64,000 nucleotides of DNA from contig JAQBPN010000070.1 in NCBI GenBank assembly GCA_028287505.1, positions 3,671 to 67,670 on the forward strand, read 5' to 3'. Both the position numbers and the translations under genes were made by a program. The DNA is from Fibrobacterota bacterium. Its GTDB lineage: Bacteria; Fibrobacterota; Fibrobacteria; UBA11236. This document shows, in pieces, positions 9,563 to 20,089 of this stretch (the stretch's first letter is position 1; each line of letters starts with the position of its first letter). The notes beneath the pieces were generated by a model that saw only the letters and a list, made by a program, of their open reading frames with translations, searched no databases and was not told the DNA's origin.

Positions 9563-11929
9563 TTAGAAGGTTTTGCGGACGCGGGTGTCGGGTTTTTTTT
9601 CTTTTTCTTTTGCTTTTTCTTTGTCTTTGTCGCTTACTTTGGCGTCGCCGTCGGTGACGGCTACGGCGCGGCGGTCTTTGTGCTGGTTGGCGGTGAACAT
9701 GTCTTCGCCGGAGTTGCTCTTGTTGTGCATTTCCTGGGTGCAGGGCTCGGTGGGCTGATGGCCGGCGATGTAATAGTCGGTCGTCGTCAATTTGCAGAAG
9801 CTTTGCGCCAACAGGCCGGAAATCTGGCACACGGTGGCTTCCACGACGCCATCGGGTTGCGGGAAAGGCAGCGCCTTCTTGCCCTTCTCGGCCTTGGTCA
9901 TCACCGTGATCCATGTAGGCACGGCATCGTCGGCGCCGGTATGGCCCGGACCCATTGAGGCATGGTCGTCCGCGCCCACCCAGATGCCCATGGTCAGGCG
10001 CTTGGTGAAGCCGATGTACCAGGCATCGTTGTAATCGTTGGTGGTGCCGGTCTTGCCGCCGGACGGATGGTTGAAACCGCTGGCCCAGATGGCGGCGGCG
10101 GTGCCGTGAATGTTCACGTCCCGCAACATGGTGCACATGATCCACGCGGCCTCCTTGCGGAGCACCTCGTTGGTCTGGGGCACGTTCTGGTAGATCGTCT
10201 GGCCGTTCTTGTCCACTATCCTGTCGATGAGATAGGGGGTCGGGCGCACGCCCCCGTCGGGAAAGGCCGTGTAGGCGGAGGTCATCTCCATCAAAGTGGC
10301 TTCGCAGGATCCGATGCCCAGGGAAGGAACCGGCAGCACGCTGTGGGTCAGGCCGAACTTGCGCGCGTAGGAAACCACCGTCTTGAGGCCGTACTTCATG
10401 GCCACTTCGATGGCGGGAAGATTCTTGGACTTGTACAGCGCCCGGCGCATGCTGATCTTGCCGTCGAAGCCGGGATCGTAATTGTGCGGGCGCCAGAACT
10501 TGGTGGAATCGATGGGGTCGGGAATGGTGATGGGCTGATCGTTCAGGATGTCCCCGGGGCTGGCCCCGTTGTCCACCGCGGTGGCGTACACGAACGGCTT
10601 GAAGGATGAACCCGGCGAGCGGACCGCCTGGAGGGATCGATTGTACTTGGACTTCTCGAAGCTTTCGCCGCCCACCATGGCCCGCACCGCGCCCGTCTCA
10701 TTGTCCAGGATCAGCAGCGCGGCCTGCGCATGCACGTAGCGCATGGAATCCGGAAAGCGCTTCTGGTATGCGAGGGTGGTGTCGTGATCGTGGAGGAAAA
10801 GCGAATCGAACCTGGGGTAGGTTTCATCCCAATGGTGCACGATGGTGTCCATGGGCTGTTTCATCAGGCCGGCCATGTTGAAGGCCCGGGCCGTGCGATA
10901 GCGCAGGCGCACGCGCGTCTTGTGCAGGTTGGCCACCAGGGTGGACTCGGCGAAATTCTGGAGGTTGGAGTCCAAGGTGGTATATACCGTGACGCCCTGG
11001 TTGTAGACCAGATCCTCGTTCCATTTCTTTTCCATGAACTGGCGCACCGTTTCCACGAAGTAGCCCGCGAACTCCGTAGGCGGCTGCCACATCTTCACGT
11101 CCAGTCCGGACTTCAGGGTTTCCTTGAATTGCGTGCGGGTGATATAGCCCATCGATTTCATGGCTCCCAGCACGGTATTGCGGCGATCGCGAGCGGCCTC
11201 CGGATTCACGTCCGGGCGGTAGGCCTCCGGCCTTTGCAACAGGCCGGCCAGCAGGGCGTACTGGTTGATGGCCAGGGAATCCAGGGGCTTGGAAAAGTAG
11301 CGTTGCGACGCCGCCGCGAATCCGTATGCGCCCGAACCCAGGTAAACCTGGTTGAAATAGAATTCCAGGATCTCGTTCTTGGTATAAGTCTGCTCGATCT
11401 TCACCGCCATCAGCACTTCCTTCAGCTTGCGGATGATGGAGCGCTCGGGGGTGAGGAAAAGATTCTTGGCCAGCTGCTGGGTCAGGGTGGAGGCGCCACG
11501 CGCCCGTTTGCCCATCAATGCCGGAAGCAGGGCGGAGGGATAGGCGGCCAGATCCACGCCCCAATGCTCGTAGAATTTCTGGTCCTCGATGGCGAATACC
11601 GCCAGTTTCTGGGCCTTGGGGATCTGGTCGGCGGGGGTCCAGATGCGCCGTTGGGTGAAGAACTCGTGCACCAGGGCGGTGTCCTTGTCGTACACCTTGG
11701 TGATGAGATTGGGTTCGATCCGCTCGAGCGTTTCCAGGGAAGGCAGCGATCGGGAGTAGAAAAGGACCACGGCCGCCATGAACAAAGTGCCCACCACGGG
11801 AAAGAACCCCATAACCAGGAACCAGCGGAAAACGCTGCGCCGATAGGCGGGTTTCCCCATATCCCGGCGCACCAGGCGGAACCAATCGGAGAAAAGGGAC
11901 AGGATTCCCCGCATCAGTTTACTGAACAT
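9563..11929 (-). CDS. Class A penicillin-binding protein (PBP1A family), copy 2
   Basis: EDQKFYEHWG, GASTLTQQL, RKLKE; SSFK, SKN, KTGT; charged C-terminal tail. Confidence 0.95.
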   Translation of the reverse strand: MFSKLMRGILSLFSDWFRLVRRDMGKPAYRRSVFRWFLVMGFFPVVGTLFMAAVVLFYSRSLPSLETLERIEPNLITKVYDKDTALVHEFFTQRRIWTPADQIPKAQKLAVFAIEDQKFYEHWGVDLAAYPSALLPALMGKRARGASTLTQQLAKNLFLTPERSIIRKLKEVLMAVKIEQTYTKNEILEFYFNQVYLGSGAYGFAAASQRYFSKPLDSLAINQYALLAGLLQRPEAYRPDVNPEAARDRRNTVLGAMKSMGYITRTQFKETLKSGLDVKMWQPPTEFAGYFVETVRQFMEKKWNEDLVYNQGVTVYTTLDSNLQNFAESTLVANLHKTRVRLRYRTARAFNMAGLMKQPMDTIVHHWDETYPRFDSLFLHDHDTTLAYQKRFPDSMRYVHAQAALLILDNETGAVRAMVGGESFEKSKYNRSLQAVRSPGSSFKPFVYATAVDNGASPGDILNDQPITIPDPIDSTKFWRPHNYDPGFDGKISMRRALYKSKNLPAIEVAMKYGLKTVVSYARKFGLTHSVLPVPSLGIGSCEATLMEMTSAYTAFPDGGVRPTPYLIDRIVDKNGQTIYQNVPQTNEVLRKEAAWIMCTMLRDVNIHGTAAAIWASGFNHPSGGKTGTTNDYNDAWYIGFTKRLTMGIWVGADDHASMGPGHTGADDAVPTWITVMTKAEKGKKALPFPQPDGVVEATVCQISGLLAQSFCKLTTTDYYIAGHQPTEPCTQEMHNKSNSGEDMFTANQHKDRRAVAVTDGDAKVSDKDKEKAKEKEKKPDTRVRKTF

Positions 11930-12055
11930 GCTTGCATAAGGTAAAAATTTTGCTCCCGGTTTTTTTTATCTTGCTGGCTTGTATCCGCCAGGCCTCCCGC
12001 GCCCGCGCGTCCATCGACGCCTGGAGCTCCGGGCGCCAAAGCAAGGAGTGGTCGA

Positions 12056-12958
12056 ATGCTTTCATGGAAATCTAGTGCTTGGATCGGCGCCGCCTTACTG
12101 CTGGGTGGAATGGTAGTTTCCCTGTCGGGCTGCAGTCCGCAGGAAGAGTCCGACAGCACCCCACCGGATCCTATAATAAAGCTGGAAAAGTCGCAAGGGA
12201 AATACCGGTTCGGCGTGACCGACACCATCGCCATCGACTTCAGCGAGCCCATCGATACGTCCAGCCTGGCCATCGCCATCGCCCCGGACCAGGGCGTGGG
12301 CCGGAAATTCCAGGGAAGAACCCATCTCCTGATTTTCGGCACCAATAAGACTTCGGGAGCCTCCCATTTCACCATCAAGTCGCCCTTCTCCCTCACCCTG
12401 GCGGGACTCAAGGACGATGCAGGCAATGGCCAGAGCGAGATTTCCGAGGCTTTTCAGCCCTATCCCTGGGTGGATCGGGATTTCGTGGACTCTTCTTTTA
12501 CCGGCTTCGATTCCCTGTTCACGGTCGATTCCACTTGGGTTGACGGCAGCGCCATGACGGACACCGTGGTCACGGAAGGCCGGCTGGATTTCAACAGCAA
12601 TTTCGGCAAAGAGGATCGGCAGGATATCAAAGTCATCAGACTGGTTCCTCCGGATACCCTGTTGCTGGCGCTGACCTGCTCCAAATCATTGAACATGAAA
12701 ATCCAGATTGCCGGCCCTTTCGCTGAAAACGGGCTCGATACCGCCTTGTTGCACTACAATTTCGCCACGTCATTCCACTCCGATTCCACCAAATCCAAAG
12801 GAATCGTGGCATATAAGTTCGACGCCGATTTCGCGAAACATTTCGATGCTCTCGGATCCCCTGCCGCGCCCGGAATCTACGCCATCCGGCTCAGCATCCC
12901 GGTGGATGCGGAAGGGTTCTATCGTTTGGGAATGCGCTTGATTAAACGCAAAAAATAG
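12056..12958 (+). CDS. Lipoprotein with an Ig-like (Big_5/SbsA-like) domain and a C-terminal beta-sandwich (PPC-like)
   Basis: Lipobox LSGC. DSTPP..IAIDFSEPIDTSSL..GLKDDAGN pattern. AAGGAG RBS. Confidence 0.7.
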   Translation: MLSWKSSAWIGAALLLGGMVVSLSGCSPQEESDSTPPDPIIKLEKSQGKYRFGVTDTIAIDFSEPIDTSSLAIAIAPDQGVGRKFQGRTHLLIFGTNKTSGASHFTIKSPFSLTLAGLKDDAGNGQSEISEAFQPYPWVDRDFVDSSFTGFDSLFTVDSTWVDGSAMTDTVVTEGRLDFNSNFGKEDRQDIKVIRLVPPDTLLLALTCSKSLNMKIQIAGPFAENGLDTALLHYNFATSFHSDSTKSKGIVAYKFDADFAKHFDALGSPAAPGIYAIRLSIPVDAEGFYRLGMRLIKRKK

Positions 12959-12999
12959 GCGGGAATAGGGCTTCGGCGCCGAAAAAAGCCGCCGAAGGG

Positions 13000-13028
13000 C
13001 TGACAAACGGGCCCCGGTTGTATATCTT
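13000..13028 (+). promoter_or_regulatory. Sigma70-like promoter of the tRNA gene
   Basis: CTGACA-17 bp-TATCTT, 18 nt upstream of the tRNA. Confidence 0.55.
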
Positions 13029-13046
13029 TCCCCTTCCCCAATTTAT

Positions 13047-13120
13047 GCGGGTGTGGCCAAACTGGATAAGGCATCTGACTACGAATCAGAAGACTCCTGG
13101 TTCGACTCCAGGCACTCGCA
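13047..13120 (+). tRNA. tRNA-Arg (anticodon ACG), CCA not encoded
   Basis: Acceptor stem GCGGGTG/CACTCGC, anticodon arm TCTGA-CTACGAA-TCAGA, T arm CCTGG-TTCGACT-CCAGG. Confidence 0.96.
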
Positions 13121-13148
13121 CTTTTCTCCCCCCTAAGTCGACTTGAAA

Positions 13149-13364
13149 TGGACCCGGACGGGTCCAGATGAAAACGGATCCCGCAGGATCCACTAGAACT
13201 CTAAAATGGCCGGAGTGTTGTGTTTGCGTTCGGCAAACTCCGGAAAGAGCAGCCTAAGTCCAGAAATTGCAAGGAGCATTGAGTTTGCCCCAGGCAAACT
13301 CAATGGCGACGCGCCGGCAACCTTAAAATGCGACGAGCGTGGAGTTTGCCGCAGGCAAACTCCA
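13149..13364. repeat. Cluster of REP-like hairpins (3x GAGTTTGCC-NNN-GGCAAACTC family plus two short palindromes)
   Basis: cattgagtttgcc-cca-ggcaaactcaatg (13277-13305), tggagtttgcc-gca-ggcaaactcca (13340-13364), and a degenerate copy at 13210-13243. Confidence 0.8.
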
Positions 13365-13375
13365 AAGCAAGGAGC

Positions 13376-13645
13376 CTAGATCTCGGCCATAGTGTGACGC
13401 AAAGTGGCCTCTTTCATGGCGACCAAAGCCTCCATGATATATTCGCACTTCTTGATGAACTGCAGGCGGGTTTCCTGTTCGCTGGCCCAATCCCGCTCTA
13501 CGAAAACGCGGGCCGAATCCCGGATTACCGCTTCCATCTGTTGGGCGGAAAGGAATTCGGAATAGTGATCGAGCAATTCCAGAAGGGTGTGGAACCGGTA
13601 GATATTATTGCGGCGTTCGGAATTGGGATCGTTTCGGGCCAGCAT
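13376..13645 (-). CDS. Small helical hypothetical protein (~89 aa)
   Basis: Protein-like composition (MLARNDPNSERRNNIYRFHTLLELL...) and GC-rich third codon positions. Confidence 0.6.
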   Translation of the reverse strand: MLARNDPNSERRNNIYRFHTLLELLDHYSEFLSAQQMEAVIRDSARVFVERDWASEQETRLQFIKKCEYIMEALVAMKEATLRHTMAEI

Positions 13646-13760
13646 GGGTACCCCCGGGTTGGACTGCCTGCCCAATTTTATGATGCGGAAGGGGCGAGGA
13701 ACCACCCCAAACGTCCCTCGGCCGGGCTCCAACTCCAACAATAGGGCCGATTTCCCCGTT

Positions 13761-14429
13761 TCAATGCGCCTGGAAGGCGTTGCCCGACCTTACCAGAGAG
13801 CTCCAATGCGGTGTGTGCAGCAGAACGCCCAGGTTGAGGCGCACGTCGCGGCTGCGCCAATTCTCGACGTCCCCCTTGGCCCCATCGAGCATGTCGGTGA
13901 ATCCGTGGGAATACCTGGCATCGGCCGTGACGTCGATGAAAGGAGCCACCCCCATGGCGACTCCGGCGCCTATCTGTCCGGCCAGTCCCATGGGCGACAT
14001 GTCCGTATGCCGCAAATCATTCTCGCTGGAAACATTGCCGTGGGCGTCCGTGTTCAATACCAAATCCGGTCCCAGAAAGCCGTATACGCCCAGGCTCCCC
14101 AGATTCAGCCGCGCATTCAATAGCACCGGGAGTTCCAGGTTCACGAATTTGCCGCGCCCGGGGACCGCGTTCCCGTTGGCATCGAAATCGGCCCCGTTCT
14201 GGACGAGCATGGGATCGAACATCAGGCCCAGGATGGGATTCATGCCCATTTCCAGGCGGGCGCCGAAGGCCCATCCCGTAATGGAATGGCTGTCATGGCC
14301 ATCCACGTCCGCATTGGCCAGATTGGCTCCCCCCAGCGGACCCACTCCCCACAGGGCCTCGGCCCGGCGGACGGCCAGAGCGCAAATGACAATACCGAAT
14401 AAAAGCGTCGCTTTTTTTAACGCATGCAT
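13761..14429 (-). CDS. Outer-membrane beta-barrel (PorT/OmpA-like porin family)
   Basis: Signal peptide; GPLGGANLA, LELPVLL, GFLGP, DARYSHGFTD pattern; AGGAG RBS. Confidence 0.8.
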   Translation of the reverse strand: MHALKKATLLFGIVICALAVRRAEALWGVGPLGGANLANADVDGHDSHSITGWAFGARLEMGMNPILGLMFDPMLVQNGADFDANGNAVPGRGKFVNLELPVLLNARLNLGSLGVYGFLGPDLVLNTDAHGNVSSENDLRHTDMSPMGLAGQIGAGVAMGVAPFIDVTADARYSHGFTDMLDGAKGDVENWRSRDVRLNLGVLLHTPHWSSLVRSGNAFQAH

Positions 14430-14644
14430 GTTCCGCTCCTTGTGCGCTGTCCCGGCAGGTTCCCTGATCGCGAACCGCTCGTACCGTGAAAGAAGATTTT
14501 TCGGGAAGGGAATGATAGTGCCCGCGGTCCGCTCTTTCGTGGAAATCCATCCCGGGCGGGATCGTTTCCCGACGTTTTCCATTGTGCGGGACGCAAGGAC
14601 ATTTTTTATTAGCGGAATCCTTTTCCTTTTTCCGGAGTCCTCCC

Positions 14645-16186
14645 ATGCATGGTTTCCGATTCGCGCCCCTGATCTTCTGCCTGTTCTTCAGCTTCGGCCT
14701 GATCGAATGCAAATCGCAAACCAAAGGACAGGCCGCCCAGGCGGGCCAGCCGGCAACCGCGGAAGCGCCCGCCCAATCCCAGCCCGTGCAGTCCACGGGG
14801 TCACAGGCAAGGTACGGGGCCTTCCAGACCGTTTTCACCGACGTCGCGAAAAAGGTGGTTCCCTCCGTGGTCAGCGTCTCCATGGAGCGGACCGTGACCG
14901 CGCCCCAGAACCCCTTCGAATTCTTTTTCGGTCCGGATCCGTTCGGATCCGGCGAGGACGGGAGGCCGCAAAGCCGCGCGCCCCGCAGGAAGCAGAAGGA
15001 GAGCGGCCTGGGATCGGGATTCATCACCGATGTGAAAGGATATATCCTCACCAACAACCACGTGGTGGAAGGCGCCCAGAAGATCACGGTGCAACTTTCC
15101 GACGAACGCGAGTTCGACGCGGAAGTGGTCGGAACCGACAAGCCCAGCGATCTGGCGGTCATCAGGATCAAGGGCAAGATTCCCGCCGGCCTCGTTCCGC
15201 TCAAGTTCGGGGATTCGGACAAGCTGGAGATCGGCGAATGGGTCATCGCCGTGGGAGCGCCCTTCGGGCTGTATGAAACCGTGACCACGGGCATCATCTC
15301 CGCCAAGGGCCGCCAGAACACGGGCATCAGCACGTATGGAAACTTCCTGCAGACGGATGCGGCCATCAATCCCGGCAATTCCGGCGGCCCCCTGGTCAAC
15401 CTGAACGGCGAAGCCGTGGGCATCAATACCGCCATCTATTCCCAGAGCGGCGGCTATCAAGGGATCGGCTTCGCCATTCCCGTGAACCTCGCCAAGAACA
15501 TCATGGAGAGTCTGATCAAAAGCGGCAAGGTGACGCGCGGCTGGCTGGGCGTCTCCATCCAGCCGGTGTCCCCGGACATTGCCGACGCCTTGGGCCTCAA
15601 GGATCGCCGCGGAGCCCTGGTCGGGGACGTGGTTGCGGGCGGTCCGGCGGACAAAGCCGGCCTGAAACGCGGCGACGTGGTCCTCAAGCTGCAGGGCCAG
15701 GACGTACGCGATGCCAATGACCTCATGAACCGGATCGCCCTGATCCCGCCCGGCTCCACCGTCGATCTGACGGTGTTCCGGGACGGGAAGCAACAGAACC
15801 TCAAAGCCAAAATCGCCAAGCGGGACGAAGAAAAAGTGGCTCAGGAGGAAAGCGGCGGGGGCGGAGGCGGCGCGGTCGAAGGCGGGGACATTTCCAGTCT
15901 GGGGATGGAGGCCACCGACCTTACCGATGAGGTGCGCCGCCAATTCCAGATAGGCGGGAACATTAAAACGGGAGTGGTGGTGACACGGGTGGATCCGGAC
16001 GGAAGCGCCGCCGAAGCCGGGCTTCAGGAAGGCGATATCATCGTGGAGGCGAACCGGAAAAAGGTCGACTCCGCCAAGGATCTCCGGGATATCGTCGCCA
16101 AGGCGGGCAAGGGGAAGAAAATCCTTTTTCTGGTGAACCGGAAGGGGACCACCTTCTTTTCCATGGCTACGCCCAAGGCCAAATAA
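14645..16186 (+). CDS. degP: Periplasmic serine endoprotease Do/DegP with two PDZ domains
   Basis: GLGSGFI, TNNHVV, DLAVI, TDAAINPGNSGGPL, and two PDZ domains. Confidence 0.93.
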   Translation: MHGFRFAPLIFCLFFSFGLIECKSQTKGQAAQAGQPATAEAPAQSQPVQSTGSQARYGAFQTVFTDVAKKVVPSVVSVSMERTVTAPQNPFEFFFGPDPFGSGEDGRPQSRAPRRKQKESGLGSGFITDVKGYILTNNHVVEGAQKITVQLSDEREFDAEVVGTDKPSDLAVIRIKGKIPAGLVPLKFGDSDKLEIGEWVIAVGAPFGLYETVTTGIISAKGRQNTGISTYGNFLQTDAAINPGNSGGPLVNLNGEAVGINTAIYSQSGGYQGIGFAIPVNLAKNIMESLIKSGKVTRGWLGVSIQPVSPDIADALGLKDRRGALVGDVVAGGPADKAGLKRGDVVLKLQGQDVRDANDLMNRIALIPPGSTVDLTVFRDGKQQNLKAKIAKRDEEKVAQEESGGGGGGAVEGGDISSLGMEATDLTDEVRRQFQIGGNIKTGVVVTRVDPDGSAAEAGLQEGDIIVEANRKKVDSAKDLRDIVAKAGKGKKILFLVNRKGTTFFSMATPKAK

Positions 16187-16193
16187 CCCGGTC

Positions 16194-16228
16194 CATTCAT
16201 TCCGGAAACGCTCCGGCCGGAATGAGTG
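16194..16228 (+). terminator. Stem-loop after degP (possible terminator or mRNA-end stabiliser)
   Basis: cattcattccgg / ccggaatgagtg 12-bp stem with one G-U pair; weak U tract. Confidence 0.45.
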
Positions 16229-16263
16229 TTCCCGGGGCGATTCGAATTACATATATTTCGGGC

Positions 16264-16590
16264 ATGAGTATCGATAACCTCGCTTCCGTCATACTCGAGA
16301 AGCTGCGCGGAATCGCCCAGACGGACACCGTGATCGGCAAGCCGATCGTCGTGGACAACACCACCCTGATTCCCGTTTCCAAGGTTTCCGTGGGATTCGG
16401 GTTGGGGTCCAACACCGGGAAATCCGAATCGACCGGCTCCGGCGGCGGTTTGAGCGTGGAACCCATCGCCTTTATCGTGGTGAGCGACGGCAATGCCCGC
16501 CTCATGAGCCTCACGCGCGAGAAGGACGTTTTCGGGAAGGCCATAGACATGGTGCCCGAAATCCTGTCCTTGCTGAAGAAAGACAAATGA
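16264..16590 (+). CDS. GerW/YtfJ family protein
   Basis: TVIGKPIVV..LIPVSKVSVGFG..GSGGGLSVEPIAFIVV signature. Confidence 0.88.
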   Translation: MSIDNLASVILEKLRGIAQTDTVIGKPIVVDNTTLIPVSKVSVGFGLGSNTGKSESTGSGGGLSVEPIAFIVVSDGNARLMSLTREKDVFGKAIDMVPEILSLLKKDK

Positions 16591-16623
16591 AGATCGCAAG
16601 ACCTTCGCGGTCGGCTCCATGTG

Positions 16624-16715
16624 GTCTCTCGTCGGGTGCCGGGCGTCGGGCGTAAAGAAAAAAAACGGAAGATTTCTCGTTTTTCCCAGGCCCGGCTTTT
16701 TCTTTACGCCCGACG
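16624..16715. repeat. Palindromic element related to the one at 2028-2192, between convergent genes
   Basis: Perfect 19-bp inverted repeat cgtcgggcgtaaagaaaaa / tttttctttacgcccgacg. Begins with GTCTCTCGTCGGG, as at 2021. Confidence 0.8.
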
Positions 16716-16759
16716 AAACGTTTCCCGAACCCACCCATCAGTCCGGCGAAGCCGCTCCC

Positions 16760-18139
<1,380 letters not shown>

Positions 18140-18240
18140 TTATATTTTTACGCGGTTCTCCCTCACGGAGGGACCGACTGGATGGGTGAATTTCCCCTCC
18201 ATTTGCAAAGCCTGGATTTGCAGAAAGCCTGATTCCCCCT

Positions 18241-20088
18241 ATGGGTGCCAAGCCTTTTATTTCCCTTCCGATTTCACGCCGTTCCGCCGGGCTCTGCCTG
18301 ACAGGCGCTTTCGCATTGGCGATTTCCTCCTGCATCTCCGATGGTGCAAACCGGACCGGGGGGGAGTACCTCTCCCAACATGGAGTGCTCCTCCAAGATC
18401 CCCTCTACCACGTCACCCTCAAAGGGATCCCCGTGGACAGCTTCTGGACCACGGATGCGGAACCCAGCCATCTGGCGGATACCATCCTTCTGGTTGGGAG
18501 CGATTCGGATTTCAGCGCCGAGGCCAGGTTGGCCTTCCAGTTGGACGATATCAATTCCCTCTTCAGATTGGACAGCCTGGATGCAACCTCTCTGAAACTC
18601 TCCCTGGGCTTCCCTGTGCCCCCTATCGGAGGCGATGAATTGGATTCAGCAGCGAAAGCCAGTTCCGCCGATACCGTGGATTTGGAGGTCGTGTCGTGGA
18701 GCACCACCGACAGCGGACTTACCGATGCCCAGTGGACCGATACGCTGAATACCTGGAACAACCGTTTTCTGATCCGGAACGATACCGTTGCCGCGCTCGA
18801 ACGATTCCATCCAATCCGGGACACCATCCATATAGCCTTCAAGACCGCGTACACGACCGGTTCCATCCAGGCGCAGCCCCTTCCCAACCTCCATGCCGGA
18901 TTGGTCAAGATTCGGGGACATAAAAACCTGATTGAATGCCGCATCAGGCGCATCCCCGGAAAATCCACGGGCCCGGCCATGTTGCACCTGGGCGGGGAAT
19001 TGCCCGACGATCCCGAGTACGTCTACGAGCCCATCCTGATTTTCGGCCCATATGGGACCATAGCCGGGACACCATCTTCGAACTTCATGCAGACCATGTT
19101 CGTTGGGGGCCGGCGAGGCGTCAATTACTCCCTGATGTATTCCGGCCCCAAGGAAAACATCCTGACTGGCAAAGTGCGCGGGCTGCATGTTGTTCTCGAT
19201 CGCAAGACCCTGCTGGACAGCATCGATGCGGATTTGCAGCGGCAGAATCTCCCTCTTCAGCCGCGCACGACCTCCGGTGATTTCGACTTGTCCTATTTCG
19301 TCCCCTTCGCGAAAATGACCCTGCCCCTGGACCTGGCGAAGACCAAGCTGGAATCGGGTTTTCCTCTGCAAATCAACATGGTCACCAGCATCGACAGCCT
19401 TCTGGGCGATACCATCTCCGGCGGCATCCGCGTGGATACGGTTCAGCAAGGGGTTCCGAGGATTCTTTGGCATACCTATGATCCGGGAAATCCCGGAACC
19501 ATCCTGGACGATGTCAGCATCACCTATGACCCGGTTCTGAATTCGGGCGACGCCCGGCTCCGCAAAGTCATCCTGAAATTTTCCCGGGATTCCGTGTTCA
19601 ACGATACCTCCTACATCCATGTCGGCGAATCCAAGCAGCGGACTACGACCTTGCAGGGTTACGGCAAAAGCTTTTTATCCCTGACCCTGGATGCGGATTC
19701 CCTCGTCTTGGCCGTCCACAGCTACCTGACGGTCCGGCCGGAGGCGGAAAACAACGAGTACCGGGATTCGGTCACGGGGGAAACGATAACCGATTTGGAA
19801 AGGCGGATGCAAAAGTTCCTCCATTCCGGGGATTCGGAATTGTCCTTGCGGGCCATCCACGGATTCCAGCGTTTGTTGAACCGGACGCGCTCCAATGCGA
19901 ACGTGCTGCAAGACTTCCAATTCCAACCGTCCGTGTTCTCCGCCGTGGATACCTCGTTCATCGTCGGAGGCGACACTACTTCCGCAGTAGTGGACTACCC
20001 GGTGCTCTCCGTGGTCGCTCCCAAGCTCGAGGGCAAAAGCCTGAAGGTCGACGTGGAACTTTACCTCTTTCCTCTGAAGGCGCGCTGA
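18241..20088 (+). CDS. Large lipoprotein, hypothetical (N-terminus reminiscent of DUF4270)
   Basis: Lipobox ISSC; beta-rich composition; 1-bp gap to the next gene. Confidence 0.7.
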   Translation: MGAKPFISLPISRRSAGLCLTGAFALAISSCISDGANRTGGEYLSQHGVLLQDPLYHVTLKGIPVDSFWTTDAEPSHLADTILLVGSDSDFSAEARLAFQLDDINSLFRLDSLDATSLKLSLGFPVPPIGGDELDSAAKASSADTVDLEVVSWSTTDSGLTDAQWTDTLNTWNNRFLIRNDTVAALERFHPIRDTIHIAFKTAYTTGSIQAQPLPNLHAGLVKIRGHKNLIECRIRRIPGKSTGPAMLHLGGELPDDPEYVYEPILIFGPYGTIAGTPSSNFMQTMFVGGRRGVNYSLMYSGPKENILTGKVRGLHVVLDRKTLLDSIDADLQRQNLPLQPRTTSGDFDLSYFVPFAKMTLPLDLAKTKLESGFPLQINMVTSIDSLLGDTISGGIRVDTVQQGVPRILWHTYDPGNPGTILDDVSITYDPVLNSGDARLRKVILKFSRDSVFNDTSYIHVGESKQRTTTLQGYGKSFLSLTLDADSLVLAVHSYLTVRPEAENNEYRDSVTGETITDLERRMQKFLHSGDSELSLRAIHGFQRLLNRTRSNANVLQDFQFQPSVFSAVDTSFIVGGDTTSAVVDYPVLSVVAPKLEGKSLKVDVELYLFPLKAR

Positions 20089-20089
20089 C

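Noticed and set aside
13149..13364. Possible CRISPR mini-array
   Set aside because: Repeats are non-identical palindromes with irregular spacing, and no cas genes are present.
13047..14600. Genomic island integrated at tRNA-Arg
   Set aside because: No integrase, no duplicated tRNA 3' end noticed, and no clear compositional shift in the downstream genes.
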